Shown here: positions 36,904 through 48,177 of the stretch, piece after piece
Layout of the letters: the number at the start of each line of letters is the position of its first letter
Numbering within the stretch: position 1 is the first letter of the stretch
DNA from: a virus
Strand: one strand, 5' to 3'
Virus record (IMG/VR): IMGVR_UViG_3300027977_000027
Coordinates: 9,021 to 73,020 of that record
DNA length: 64,000 nt
The notes under the pieces: model-generated
The model's database searches: none
What the model was told of the DNA's origin: nothing
Seen by the model: the letters and a program-made list of their open reading frames with translations, nothing else
Made by a program: the position numbers and the translations under genes

Positions 36904-37146
36904 ATGAAAAACTTTATAGAATTTTATTTTTACGGTGAAATGCTTGAAAAAACTTATTGGGAGGTACAATTGTTAGCACCCATAAGGTCTTTTAAAGATG
37001 GTATAACCTTTTTTAAATTTGATATAAATTTGGATAGATATAAAAGCGAACACACCCCAGCTTTTCAAATTGAATTCACTTTATTTAACCTATACAACCA
37101 TCTGTTGATATATCAAAACAATTTTGAAGATGAACTTGACGATTAA
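36904..37146 (+). CDS. Hypothetical protein
   Basis: 80 aa ORF. Confidence 0.6.
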   Translation: MKNFIEFYFYGEMLEKTYWEVQLLAPIRSFKDGITFFKFDINLDRYKSEHTPAFQIEFTLFNLYNHLLIYQNNFEDELDD

Positions 37147-37238
37147 GTCTTTTATTAGTATATTTGTATAACGAATATATTTATAAAGGCCGTGGTCCTT
37201 ACACCAACAAATAACGATTAAATTTAAAAAAACATAGA

Positions 37239-37400
37239 ATGAAAAAAATGTTTATAGGTTTGAGTCTAGTGGTTCTTTTAGCTTCTTGTGGTAGCAATAG
37301 CACTAATGTCGAAGTTCCAGCTCCAGCTTCAGATTCAACAGCAACTAGTGTTTATACTGGTGTAGCACCATCTGTTGATACAACAAAAGTTGTAAAATAG
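37239..37400 (+). CDS. Small lipoprotein (53 aa, not in ORF track)
   Basis: MKKMFIGLSLVVLLASC lipobox followed by a Ser/Thr-rich tail. Confidence 0.7.
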   Translation: MKKMFIGLSLVVLLASCGSNSTNVEVPAPASDSTATSVYTGVAPSVDTTKVVK

Positions 37401-37546
37401 TTTTCAATTAACGAGATGTTGATTCGTCTCGTTTATTCTAGGTAAAACCATAAGAACATTGTTATATGATAACTATGTTGTGACTAAATGTAAAATAATG
37501 GACAGTGGTGAATGTAATAAACAGGAAAATACTGGGGACAGTATGT

Positions 37547-38464
37547 CTAGCGTAAAATAACACCTAATAGTTCATCAATCTTATTTAATTCATTAAATTT
37601 AACCCTAATTAAGTTAGGGTTTTCTTTTTGGTCACAATACAATGTTTTAATTTTATCTCGTTTCTTTATTAATGCCAAATTATTGTTCTTATTATTAAAA
37701 ACACTAACCTCTTTAAAATGTTGTTCTCCATCATATTCTATACATACATTATATTCTGGTAAATAAAAATCAAACGGTAATGGTCGAATATCACGACAGT
37801 CTGAGAATTTATGTTGTCTATTGTAGTGAATCTTATGTGTATCCAACCATTTAGCTATTTCACGTTCACCCTTAGATTCACGACATATTGGACAACCATT
37901 TTTATTTGATATATGGTCATTTGGTGTCTGCTCAAACTCACCATGTTCTGGACATATAATGGTAACTTTTTTATTTATTTTTTCATAAACTACCTTAGAG
38001 TAATCATAAAAATTACCATGTACCTCAATTGATTTTTTTATGAAATATTCATTATTTTTAGTTCTATTATTAGACCTAGTTAGTAACCCACATGCTTGAC
38101 ATCCATAACCAAATAAATGATTGGATACCGTTTGCTCAAACTCACCGTGTTCTGGACAACCTATTTTTATTTTCTCACTAGTTTTGTCAAACGTGACTTT
38201 AGAGTAGTCATACTTGTTATTATGTTTTTTATTTGCTTTTAATAGGAATGCTGCTAAATTTATTTTTACACCACCGTTACATTTAGGGCAACCGTGATTT
38301 CTAACATGACTATCTGGTGTCTGCTCAAACTCACCATGCTCTGGACATATTATGGTAACTTTAACGTGTGGTCCTAGATAGACTACTTTAGAATAATCGT
38401 ATTTAGTACCATGACTTTTTATTGCTCTAGCGATAAAATTCTTTTGTTTAGTTTCTTGATTCAT
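37547..38464 (-). CDS. Endonuclease with three Zn-ribbon repeats (DUF723-like) and Vsr-like C-terminus
   Basis: 3x YDYSKV...CPEHGEFEQT...GC..C; PFDFYLP...IEYDGEQHF. Confidence 0.85.
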   Translation of the reverse strand: MNQETKQKNFIARAIKSHGTKYDYSKVVYLGPHVKVTIICPEHGEFEQTPDSHVRNHGCPKCNGGVKINLAAFLLKANKKHNNKYDYSKVTFDKTSEKIKIGCPEHGEFEQTVSNHLFGYGCQACGLLTRSNNRTKNNEYFIKKSIEVHGNFYDYSKVVYEKINKKVTIICPEHGEFEQTPNDHISNKNGCPICRESKGEREIAKWLDTHKIHYNRQHKFSDCRDIRPLPFDFYLPEYNVCIEYDGEQHFKEVSVFNNKNNNLALIKKRDKIKTLYCDQKENPNLIRVKFNELNKIDELLGVILR

Positions 38465-38930
38465 ATATTATAAATATCTGTCATTTTATTAAAAAACATT
38501 TTTTTAACAAAATACTTTCGAATTTTTAAAAACACTTGCATAATAGAAAAAAAATTTGTACCTTTGTGTGTAATTTAAGAATAGAAAAATTTATGGATGT
38601 GATTGAATATATTGTAACTGATATTTTTGAAGGAAAATATAATAACGTTTATGATTTGGAAAACAAATTTTATGATGACATTAAACTTCGTCTAAGAAAT
38701 GAGTCTGAAAAAAATATTTTTTTTTAGAAAGATTAAGAACTTCTATTATTTCAGAAGGTGAAAATTATATAAGAAAATGCAATTGTGGTAAGGCCAGCTG
38801 TGGGTATGTATCTATGAAAAATAGTTCAATAAAAATTATAGATGCTTTAATTATGGAATTAAAAGAATAGTCGGTGATATTGAAAGAAGAGGTAAATTTA
38901 TTTACATAACAGGAACAAAAGAATAAAAAC

Positions 38931-39257
38931 ATGACAGAAATTAAATTTAATTTAACGCTTAATTTTAACCCAGATGCATCTGGGTCACCTAGACCAACAA
39001 TAATTAACTTACCAGAAAACACTGATGGTGGTTTGACATATATCTTTGATGAAGTAATCATACCACACTCAAAAGAGTATTTAAAAGAAATAGAAAAAAA
39101 TGATTTTACTGATTTTTATTACTACATACTAGAAAATATTACATTTAGGGATAGTAACGGTAAATTTCAACATTTTAAAGGTATTGATTACGAAGCTATT
39201 ATTGAATCAACAGAGGAAAAGACCGTATACAAAAATTTTAAAATTATTTATGAATAA
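38931..39257 (+). CDS. Hypothetical protein
   Basis: 108 aa ORF. Confidence 0.6.
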   Translation: MTEIKFNLTLNFNPDASGSPRPTIINLPENTDGGLTYIFDEVIIPHSKEYLKEIEKNDFTDFYYYILENITFRDSNGKFQHFKGIDYEAIIESTEEKTVYKNFKIIYE

Positions 39258-39307
39258 GTAATATTTACTTATAAATAAAAGTGTATTATAATTAATTATG
39301 GATAAAG

Positions 39308-39742
39308 GTGAGAGTACCAACAAGGAAGAAGATAGGTACCATTTGTTTGGCCGTGGCCAGTTTCCTAAACCCTTTTGGGTTCGATATTTTAGTTTACAAA
39401 TTAATGTCATTAACCAACGACTATTGGACCACAATGCATATATTATATGTATCTGCGGCCCTATTCTTTGGGGTCTCTTATATTTCATTTAAGTTAGGTA
39501 AAAAAATACTGGCAAATGTTACCATGACTATGGCTTTATTTTTAAATCCTTTTGGTTACGATTTGATAGTTTTCTTTATAAATGAAATGACTCATAGTTA
39601 TTGGGTTACCATGTCTGTTATGTATTTAATGTCTGGGTTGTTTTTTTCTGGTTTTATGTTTTTTTACAATATAAACCTAATAAACGTTTTAAAAAACAAT
39701 ATTTATCAATATATAAAAAAAAAATTAATCAAAAATGGATAA
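39308..39742 (+). CDS. Four-TM membrane protein with internal duplication
   Basis: FLNPFGFD...YWTTM and FLNPFGYD...YWVTM. Confidence 0.7.
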   Translation: MRVPTRKKIGTICLAVASFLNPFGFDILVYKLMSLTNDYWTTMHILYVSAALFFGVSYISFKLGKKILANVTMTMALFLNPFGYDLIVFFINEMTHSYWVTMSVMYLMSGLFFSGFMFFYNINLINVLKNNIYQYIKKKLIKNG

Positions 39743-40214
39743 AACATTTGATGACTTGTTCAATGAGTTCTTAAAAAGAAACAAAGAAACAATGGGTGGC
39801 GACCCTATGAGTGCTTTTAAAAATGAAGCAAAAAAGTTAATTGACATGATTAAGAATTTTGAGAGCGTTGATGATGTAGGTGATGAATTAGAGAAAAAAA
39901 TGGATGTAACATTAGGTAAACCAGATAGAATAGAAACATACTTAGATGGTATTTTCTTCTTTGAAAAAAGAATCTGGTACACACCAAATGGTGAGATAGT
40001 AAAGATAACTGCATCTGATAACCCAAATAAAATCAAACCCCAAGAAACTGAAAAAAGTCTGGAAGAACAATTAAAATATGCTATTTCAGAAGAAAATTAT
40101 GAAAAAGCCGCTGAAATAAGAGACAAAATAAAAATGCTTGAAGCCAAGCCAGACAAGGCTTCTGGACAAAAAATCAAAAAAAGTAAAAAAAAATCTAAAG
40201 CCAAACATGTCTAA
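39735..40214 (+). CDS. UVR (UvrB/UvrC motif) domain protein
   Basis: LKYAISEENYEKAAEIRDKIK. Confidence 0.75.
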   Translation: MDKTFDDLFNEFLKRNKETMGGDPMSAFKNEAKKLIDMIKNFESVDDVGDELEKKMDVTLGKPDRIETYLDGIFFFEKRIWYTPNGEIVKITASDNPNKIKPQETEKSLEEQLKYAISEENYEKAAEIRDKIKMLEAKPDKASGQKIKKSKKKSKAKHV

Positions 40215-40353
40215 AAAATATATCAAAAAGTTTAATAATTTGGCTGAACTTGAACCAAAAGTCAGTCACATGGTATATTCCAAAGTTGATGGGTCAAAAA
40301 ATAAATATCGTTTTGACTAAACGCTAAACGTTGAATATTTATAGTAAAAAAAC

Positions 40354-41478
40354 ATGAAACAGTTTATCAAAAAAATATTAACAGAAAATCTTAACACTAT
40401 ATATGAGATTGACCTTCAAGGGGCGTTTAAAGATGTATCTTTTAAACAGTTAACTGTTGATGAAGCCAGAGAATATTTGGAGAGAGTAATCGCAAATTGC
40501 GAGAAAAAACCAGCTGAAAGAGAAAAACTAGCGACAAATAAACCTTATATACATGGAAAAACAATTCCAAAAGGTGTTGAAGGAGAAATAGATATGGATG
40601 CGTTCATTAAGAATATAACTTCTATGCCAAAAGAAATTTTGAGCGTAAACGCTAAAATGGAAAAATCGACTGCTGATAATTCTCTTACTGTTAATATTGG
40701 TATACCAGCTTTAAGAGGTTTGGTTTATGATTTGGAAGCTGGTGTTTTTTATATCGTTAATACGTGTCCAGGGGCTGGAGCCTGTGCTTTATTTTGTTAT
40801 GCAAGACAAGGTAGTTACGTAATGTTTCCAGGGGTTTTTGTTAAACAAACCAGAATCTTAAATTTGCTTCTTAATTTCCCAGAGAGATTTGAGAAATTAC
40901 TATTAAGAGAATTAGAAGCTGTTGCGTTGAAGAATCCAGACAAATCAATAAAGATGAGGTGGAATGATGCTGGTGATTTTTTCAGCCAAGAATATTTTAA
41001 CATAGCTTATAGAATAACCAAACAATTAAAAACTGATGGTTATGATGTAACTTCATATGCATATAGCAAGATGGCCAATGTAGCCAACTTAGAAGACGAA
41101 GATTTTGTTGTCAATGTATCTGGAGATATCAATGTAAAACAGTCTACGCAGATAAAAGACATTGAAAGCAAAAAGAATCAAGTTACGGTACCTAAAGTTT
41201 TATTTGATGATTTATTGGTAAAAGACAAAAAAGAATATGCGGTAGATGAAAAAGGCAAAGTTATATTTAAACAAGGAAAAGATGGTGTTGATACTTTGAA
41301 GAAAAGAATTTCTTTAAAATATGACGTTCCAGATGAAACACTTTTGACTTATGATGAAATGTTGAAGACACCAAAAGGTGAAAAGAACCAGTATAACGTA
41401 GTGATAATGCCAAAAGGTGATGGGGATGTAGCGGCACAAAGAACAGATGTAAAAACCAGTTTCTTATTAATCCACTAA
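40354..41478 (+). CDS. Phage gp88-like protein
   Basis: TCPGAGACALFCYA, RWNDAGDF, YAYSK. Confidence 0.7.
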   Translation: MKQFIKKILTENLNTIYEIDLQGAFKDVSFKQLTVDEAREYLERVIANCEKKPAEREKLATNKPYIHGKTIPKGVEGEIDMDAFIKNITSMPKEILSVNAKMEKSTADNSLTVNIGIPALRGLVYDLEAGVFYIVNTCPGAGACALFCYARQGSYVMFPGVFVKQTRILNLLLNFPERFEKLLLRELEAVALKNPDKSIKMRWNDAGDFFSQEYFNIAYRITKQLKTDGYDVTSYAYSKMANVANLEDEDFVVNVSGDINVKQSTQIKDIESKKNQVTVPKVLFDDLLVKDKKEYAVDEKGKVIFKQGKDGVDTLKKRISLKYDVPDETLLTYDEMLKTPKGEKNQYNVVIMPKGDGDVAAQRTDVKTSFLLIH

Positions 41479-41545
41479 TGATAACGATAGCTTTAATCAC
41501 ATTACTAATTAAAATATTGAAAAAGCGTAGTATCTCTTGTGTACG

Positions 41546-41680
41546 TTATCTACCTTGACCTCTGTACTTTTTTGGTTTTTCGGCTTTAGGTCCGAATTTT
41601 TTTTTAGCTTTACCTTTGCATTTCTTTTTACCAAATGTGATAACTGATGAAACAGACGATTTTAAATCTTTTTTTGCCAT
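41546..41680 (-). CDS. 44-aa very basic peptide
   Basis: MAKKDLKSSVSSVITFGKKKCKGKAKKKFGPKAEKPKKYRGQGR. Confidence 0.65.
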   Translation of the reverse strand: MAKKDLKSSVSSVITFGKKKCKGKAKKKFGPKAEKPKKYRGQGR

Positions 41681-41745
41681 TTTGTGTTTTTATTAATAAA
41701 TAGTTGCTTTTTTAAAAAAATTATAGTACCTTTGGGAAAACCAAT

Positions 41746-41997
41746 ATGAAAAATTTAATTATTATAGACATCGACACTGAAAGAGAACAGGTGGTCAAAA
41801 TAAACAAACCAACTGATTTTGTAATGCCCACCACACCAGATGAGGCTAAAAAGATGATAACTGATGATATATCTTGCACACTTGAGGCGTTGTGTACGTT
41901 GATTTATGTTTGTGAACAAAACAATTACGGAAACAAAAAAGACTTGGTTAACACATGTATAAAATATTTAAATGACTTGTCAAACCAAAATAAATAA
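41746..41997 (+). CDS. Hypothetical protein
   Basis: ORF after a promoter. Confidence 0.6.
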   Translation: MKNLIIIDIDTEREQVVKINKPTDFVMPTTPDEAKKMITDDISCTLEALCTLIYVCEQNNYGNKKDLVNTCIKYLNDLSNQNK

Positions 41998-42566
41998 ATC
42001 AAATAATTTGCTAAATCGATATTAATTTTGTACCTTTGCTTGAAACAAAAAAAAATATGGTTGAAAAATGCGTTGCAGTTATAGATTCTTGTTCAACACA
42101 AGAGCAGTTGAAAAGTGCTGTAAACTATGTGTGGTTGGCTTATAACTATATAAAGGATAGTTGTATTCATGATGAGTTAATTAAATTGATAAAATTAAAA
42201 GAGAGAGTGTTAAATTATGAGCAAATTAAGAAAGGAAATAATAGGTGATGAGCTTTATCTTTTTAACGAAAAAAACGAATTAATATTTAAACGTTGGTTA
42301 AAGTGGGGATATTCTAAAGTGTTTGATGTTATGACATATGGTAAAAACGATACCTATGTTTCTGTTACTGATAACGGTTTAAAATACAAAGATAAACAAG
42401 TTATCAATAGTCGTAGCGACATCAAATAATCTTGTTATTAACAAGGACAAAAAGTTTCTTAAATACTTGTTAGTTTTAAAATAATTTAGTACCTTTGTGA
42501 TTCAATCAATGAGTAGCAAAAGAAAAAAATATCATATCATTATTATTTGGTAATTAAAAAATTAAT

Positions 42567-42998
42567 ATGACATTAAAAGAAAAAATTAACAATGATTTCA
42601 TGGAAGCTTACAAAGCTAAAGACATGGAACGGAAAAATTTTTTGGGTCTTATAAAAGGCACGATTCAAACGCAAGAAGGTAAGATGGTGGAATCGACAGA
42701 TGAAAACGTTTTAAAGGTTCTAAAAGCTTTAGAAAAAGGTTTGGTTGACACATTAGAAGCTAAAGAAAAATTAGGTCAAGATTTAACCAAAGTTAAAAAA
42801 GAACTATCTTATTTAACACCATATCTACCAGTTCTAATGAGCGAAGAAGAAATTAATTCTATAGTGAGTGAATTGATGACTAGAAATAACGTTAATAAAA
42901 ACCAAGGCTTCCTAATGGGGTTGTTTAACAAAGAACAAAAAGGAAAAGCTTTTGACAATAAAACGGTGAGTAAAATTATATCTGAAAAATTAGTTTAA
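42567..42998 (+). CDS. GatB/YqeY domain protein
   Basis: LKEKINND...A.KAKD...E...L..YLP..MSEEEI. Confidence 0.8.
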   Translation: MTLKEKINNDFMEAYKAKDMERKNFLGLIKGTIQTQEGKMVESTDENVLKVLKALEKGLVDTLEAKEKLGQDLTKVKKELSYLTPYLPVLMSEEEINSIVSELMTRNNVNKNQGFLMGLFNKEQKGKAFDNKTVSKIISEKLV

Positions 42999-43076
42999 TG
43001 AGTTTAACGTTAATATTTTCTATATTTTTCATGCATTGATTTTTAACTTTTTATTTGCTAACTTAATTAATAATAT

Positions 43077-43661
43077 ATGACAACAGAACAAATCCATGCG
43101 AGCTTGGACAATATGCTTGGCAATCCAAAATCTAAAAACTTTTTAAACCACTTGGTTAGGTCTTATGTACCTGTGAGCAATGTTGATAAAGTTTGGAAAA
43201 AACCAGAGGGTGATTTTAAATGTTCAATAACAAAAGAGCCGTTGATTTCTGCACAAGAAATTATGGATGGTATCCAAACTGAAGAGTTCAAAACAGATTT
43301 CATGAATAATGTTAAATCTATATTTGACGAAAACTATTATAAGACATCACCATTTGCCAAACTTATAGGTGATAAAAAGTTAGGTGTCACTGGAAAGGAT
43401 ACGACAACATTTATGTCATATTCTGTGTATCAAGAATTTTTTAATTGGGTGATTACCAAGTCACTTAAGGGTGATAAACATATCAATTGGTTATTGGGTT
43501 CAATAAAACGTGAGACTTTTGTTGAACGTGCCTCAGAGATAGAGGATAAAGAAGTGAAAGAAAAAGCGCAAAAACTGAAAAAAAATAGTGGTAGTGCAAC
43601 CTATACAATAGGAGATGCTAGCGATGTTCTATTAAAATTAAAAGAAAAATTTAATAAATAA
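43077..43661 (+). CDS. Hypothetical protein
   Basis: 194 aa ORF. Confidence 0.7.
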   Translation: MTTEQIHASLDNMLGNPKSKNFLNHLVRSYVPVSNVDKVWKKPEGDFKCSITKEPLISAQEIMDGIQTEEFKTDFMNNVKSIFDENYYKTSPFAKLIGDKKLGVTGKDTTTFMSYSVYQEFFNWVITKSLKGDKHINWLLGSIKRETFVERASEIEDKEVKEKAQKLKKNSGSATYTIGDASDVLLKLKEKFNK

Positions 43662-43666
43662 GCAAA

Positions 43667-44968
43667 ATGGGTAGAGGAAAAACAATTAAGTCAGAAATAA
43701 TCACTAAAATACTTGAAGATTTAGAAGATGAAGCTATTCAACCGATTGATATTGAAATTGATGATTTTGGTATCATAGTACGAGAACCAGAAATAGAAGA
43801 AGACGAGGATTATTTGTCAAATTCGTTGACTGATGACATTACCTTCATTGAGTTTGCAATAGTAAATGCATTTTTGCATTCTTCATATAAGAACAAACAA
43901 AAAAGTATTGAAATTACGTCATATGGGAATGTTGATAATGTTGGTAGAGTTAGTTTTGGTGGTATATATGAAGTTACTGGTTCTTATTGGTATGCTGCTA
44001 AATTAAAAAATGATGAGGATGAGTACATCATTCAAACTAGAATGTTCCAAGACAACAGAAATGATGTCTGCACTCAATTGACTATTAGTAGCAAAAAGGG
44101 TAATACACATAGTAACTTTGAAAAATTATTTAAAGATATTATTTCACTGGCGTTTAACAATTCCGAGTACAAAGGTAAGTGTATAAAAGTTAAACTTAGA
44201 GAAGGTCGTTTTACAAGTATTGAAATCATCAATATTGAAGAATCAAAAAATGAACTAATACTAAATGATGTTCAGAAAAAATTTATTGAACATTTTATAA
44301 CACGTGTGTCTAAAGGTGGTTATGCACGTTACTTGTTGAATGGTGAACCAGGAACTGGTAAAACTGAAAGTATACGTGAAATTGCGAGAAGACTTATTCC
44401 ACAAGTTACTTTTATTATACCAGAGTTTGTCGATACTAACGACCTTACTCTTATCTTGGAAGCTTGTGAAATTTTTGAAAACGGAGTTATCATAATGGAT
44501 GATATAGATTTATATCTGGGTTCACGTGACAATGGGAGTTACACTCGCTTATTAGGTCAATTCTTATCATTCTTTGATGGTGTCAAGAAAAGAAAAATAA
44601 GTTTGTTGGCTTCAACAAATGATAAGGGATTGGTTGATAAAGCAGCTGAAAGGCCAGGTCGCTTTAATTTCACTTTGGACTATAGTTTCTTAAACGAAGA
44701 ACAAATTGTTAAAGTTTGTGATATCCACTTATCGGAAAAATGGAGAATAAAAGAAGTTTATGATGCATTAACTGGTACAATAAATGGTAAAAAAGTAAAT
44801 ATAACTGGTGCCTTCATCGCTAACTTGGCCGATAACTTGAAAGAAATGTCTGATGGTGATGATAACTGGGGTATTGATGATACAGTTTCTTTAATAAAAG
44901 AATCGTACAAGGGATTCTACGCCAGTCAATTAGAAAAAGAAAAACAAACCTTGGGGTTCAAAGTATAA
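43667..44968 (+). CDS. AAA+ ATPase
   Basis: GEPGTGKT, IMDDID, ASTN, RPGRF. Confidence 0.88.
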   Translation: MGRGKTIKSEIITKILEDLEDEAIQPIDIEIDDFGIIVREPEIEEDEDYLSNSLTDDITFIEFAIVNAFLHSSYKNKQKSIEITSYGNVDNVGRVSFGGIYEVTGSYWYAAKLKNDEDEYIIQTRMFQDNRNDVCTQLTISSKKGNTHSNFEKLFKDIISLAFNNSEYKGKCIKVKLREGRFTSIEIINIEESKNELILNDVQKKFIEHFITRVSKGGYARYLLNGEPGTGKTESIREIARRLIPQVTFIIPEFVDTNDLTLILEACEIFENGVIIMDDIDLYLGSRDNGSYTRLLGQFLSFFDGVKKRKISLLASTNDKGLVDKAAERPGRFNFTLDYSFLNEEQIVKVCDIHLSEKWRIKEVYDALTGTINGKKVNITGAFIANLADNLKEMSDGDDNWGIDDTVSLIKESYKGFYASQLEKEKQTLGFKV

Positions 44969-44979
44969 AATACTAATGT

Positions 44980-45321
44980 ATGAATGTAGCGGTTATTGGT
45001 AGCCGAAGTTTTAAAAACTTCGAATTGTTAAAGAATACATTATCCAAAATTGAGATTAGTTTGATTATTTCTGGTGGTGCTGATGGTGCTGACTCTATGG
45101 CAGCGCTTTATGCAAAAGAACATTCCATACCAACAAAAATATTTTTACCTGATTGGAAAAAATATGGTAAATCAGCTGGCATGATAAGGAACACAGATAT
45201 AATAAATGAGTCTGATATTGTTGTTGCTTTTTGGGACAATCAGTCAAGAGGAACGTTTGACGGTATAGAAAAAGCGAAAAAATTAAACAAAAAATTAATT
45301 TTGATAACCTTTGAAAATTGA
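44980..45321 (+). CDS. SLOG family (DUF2493/YspA-like) protein
   Basis: VIGSRSF...ISGGADGAD...AGMIRN...AFWD..SRGT. Confidence 0.85.
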   Translation: MNVAVIGSRSFKNFELLKNTLSKIEISLIISGGADGADSMAALYAKEHSIPTKIFLPDWKKYGKSAGMIRNTDIINESDIVVAFWDNQSRGTFDGIEKAKKLNKKLILITFEN

Positions 45322-45554
45322 AATAAAAACAGTATATTTGCAATTATAAATTATAAGTATGAGTAAACAAACGATTAGTGTTGGCGTAGCCAATGAAAAA
45401 GAAAAGAACATTGAAGTTGAAGAACTAAAAACATGGACACCTAAAAACATCAGTTATTTTAGTGACACCGTGTACTTTAAACATGATGGCACTTATTTTT
45501 CCATGAAAAGATTAGATTACGACAAAATATTTAACCAAAAAATGGATAAGTGAT

Positions 45555-45860
45555 ATGAAAAAACTAAATTTATTTTTAATTTTTGGTATGTTGGTTGTTT
45601 TATCAATGTCTGGCTGTGCAGATGCTATTAATGTTAAAGATTGTATTGAACCATCTGAACATGTTTATGGTTTTTGGGGTGGTACATGGCATGGGGTCAT
45701 TAGTGGGTTTTCATTCATTGGTAGTTTGTTTAGTGATGATATTGCTGTATATGCTATTAACAATAACGGTAGCTGGTATAACTTTGGTTTTGTGGGTGGT
45801 TTGTTTCTTATTTTAAGAATATTTGCACAGATAATAAAAAGCTTAAGTAAAATAAAATAA
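45555..45860 (+). CDS. Membrane lipoprotein-like protein
   Basis: MSGC lipobox-like; GFWGGTWHG...NNGSWYNFGF. Confidence 0.7.
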   Translation: MKKLNLFLIFGMLVVLSMSGCADAINVKDCIEPSEHVYGFWGGTWHGVISGFSFIGSLFSDDIAVYAINNNGSWYNFGFVGGLFLILRIFAQIIKSLSKIK

Positions 45861-45867
45861 TATTAAT

Positions 45868-46227
45868 ATGAGTGTAATTAAGTTTGATTTAAAAAAAGAG
45901 CATGTGCTTTTACTAAAAAATTTACGTTGGAGCGTAAATCATCAAGGCATAATTAGTGGTGTTGCCGATGAGGGTGATGAAACTGCGCCACCATTTGGTG
46001 AATATAATATTCACGATGCTATCAATTTAATATTGAATGGTAAACCTAAAGATATTGATTTGTTGACACACGATTCTTTTTTTACATATAAGGATGAAGA
46101 AATTGCTGAATGGGATAAGTTATATTCAGAACTACCAACGGCTTTAGAAATAATTTTATTCAATGGTAATTTTGAGTTAGGTACATATAAAACAAAATTC
46201 CATCTTCGTGATTGGAAAAAACTATAA
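45868..46227 (+). CDS. Hypothetical protein
   Basis: 119 aa ORF. Confidence 0.65.
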   Translation: MSVIKFDLKKEHVLLLKNLRWSVNHQGIISGVADEGDETAPPFGEYNIHDAINLILNGKPKDIDLLTHDSFFTYKDEEIAEWDKLYSELPTALEIILFNGNFELGTYKTKFHLRDWKKL

Positions 46228-46521
46228 AAAAAAACTTTTATGAGTGAAAATAAAAAATCATATGCTATCGTAAAAACTTTCAATCTAGTTGATAAATTAG
46301 ATACTGTTTTGCTGGTTGATATACATTCTGAAATTTGGGAATTTGATAATTTTGATGAAGCACAAGCGATAGCTGACATATTAACAAAAAACTCTGATTA
46401 TGGTTGTGTTTATTTTGTAAGGTCTATAAATAATATTGAACAATAAAATATACCGTTTAGATTTGCTATATATAATTTTTTAGTATATTTGCAAAATAAC
46501 ATTTTATAAATAAAATTATTG

Positions 46522-48102
46522 ATGAAATTTAAAGAATTAACTAATGAAACAATTGATAAAGCTAGATTGATTTATCTAGACAAATCATTATCGTGGGATA
46601 ACAGAATGAAATTATTGATGGATTTGTTTGACCGCTCTGAGCGAACTGTCCGTAAATGGTGTAGTGAAAAACTTTCATTCAAAGAAAAAGTTGATGTTGA
46701 ACCAGAACAATATGTTAAAGCACAACAAAGACAATTCAACCCAAATAAATCTAGATTTATTATAACATGGGCTCAAAATGATACGCATATTCATAAAGGG
46801 TTTTTAAAGAACATAGAAGCGTATGCTAATGAGATTGATGCTGATATTCATATAATACTTGGTCGATACAAGAATCCGACATCTGTTTTTACTGACAAAG
46901 ACCATGAGACATGGGACCCAGATGTTATAAAATATTCTGATGCCAACAGACACAACATTCACAAATATGTGTCAATAATGTCCGATATTAAAATTCAACC
47001 AACTGCAACCAACCCAATGAGTGGTATGCAAGGCATGAGTGGTGTTAACTCTTCTATTTTTGGTTCACCAAAGGTTCAGTTAGAAATGATACCAGTTCTT
47101 GATGAGAGTAAGCCAAAAATGATGCTAACAACTGGCGCTGTTACTCTTAAAAACTATACTGACTCAAAAGCTGGCAAGAAAGGTGAATTTCACCACACAT
47201 TTGGTTTTGTTATCGTTGAGATAAAAGATAAAGATGTTTTCTTTGTCAGACAAGTAACCGCTGATGACAAAACTGGTTCTTTTAGTGATTTGTATTACAG
47301 AGTTGAAAATGGTTCCGTTAACAGAAATGAATCAATTGAAGCGTTGATTCTAGGAGATGTTCATTTCGGTCATCATGACCAAGAAGTGATGAATAAAACA
47401 TTTGAGCTAACCAGTGTTTTATCACCAAAACATGTTGTGTTGCATGACGTATTTGATGGCGATTCAATCTCGCACCACCAATTAAAAGACCCATTCGTTC
47501 AATACGGTAAAGAGGTAAACGGCACAAACGATTTAAACAAGGAAATTGGTGTGTTGCTAGAATGTTTAAAACCATTCGAGAATTTTGAGAATGTGGTTAT
47601 AGTGAGAAGCAACCATGATGACTTTTTAGATAGATGGTTAAAAAATGAGGATTGGAAGAAACAACCTACTTTTAAAAACTCTAGATTGTATATGCAATTA
47701 TCCGATATATTGTTGGAACAATACGCTAACAATCATCAAAACGTTAAAGGTGTGATACCAGCTTTAATAAATAAAACATATCCTAATTTTATAACATTGG
47801 ATAGACGTTCATCTTATAAAGTTAAAGGTGGGTGGGAATTAGGTCAGCATGGTGATATTGGTTCTAATGGTAGTAGAGGTTCTTTGCTTCAATTCAGAAG
47901 ATTAAACACAAAAATAGTTGTTGGCCACTATCACACTCCAGGTCGTAAAGATGGAGCGATTGCTGTTGGTACATCCACTAGTCTACGTGTAGGTTATAAT
48001 TTAGGCCCAAGCACTTGGTTACAATCACATGTTATAATCCACAATGATGGTAGAGCTCAACATGTTAATTTTATAAATGGAGAATATACAACTTTTAAAT
48101 AA
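46522..48102 (+). CDS. Metallophosphoesterase-fold protein with N-terminal HTH
   Basis: GDVH, HDVFD, SNHDD, QHGD, GHYH. Confidence 0.75.
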   Translation: MKFKELTNETIDKARLIYLDKSLSWDNRMKLLMDLFDRSERTVRKWCSEKLSFKEKVDVEPEQYVKAQQRQFNPNKSRFIITWAQNDTHIHKGFLKNIEAYANEIDADIHIILGRYKNPTSVFTDKDHETWDPDVIKYSDANRHNIHKYVSIMSDIKIQPTATNPMSGMQGMSGVNSSIFGSPKVQLEMIPVLDESKPKMMLTTGAVTLKNYTDSKAGKKGEFHHTFGFVIVEIKDKDVFFVRQVTADDKTGSFSDLYYRVENGSVNRNESIEALILGDVHFGHHDQEVMNKTFELTSVLSPKHVVLHDVFDGDSISHHQLKDPFVQYGKEVNGTNDLNKEIGVLLECLKPFENFENVVIVRSNHDDFLDRWLKNEDWKKQPTFKNSRLYMQLSDILLEQYANNHQNVKGVIPALINKTYPNFITLDRRSSYKVKGGWELGQHGDIGSNGSRGSLLQFRRLNTKIVVGHYHTPGRKDGAIAVGTSTSLRVGYNLGPSTWLQSHVIIHNDGRAQHVNFINGEYTTFK

Positions 48103-48103
48103 T

Positions 48104-48130
48104 ATGTTTATTTGTGTAGATTTTGACGGA
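48104..48130 (+). pseudogene. Orphan 5' fragment of the HAD gene
   Basis: MFICVDFDG; 16 of 17 nt identical to 48863-48879. Confidence 0.7.
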
Positions 48131-48177
48131 AAGCGGATTTTTTATAAAAATGATGATATTTATAATAAAATATCATT

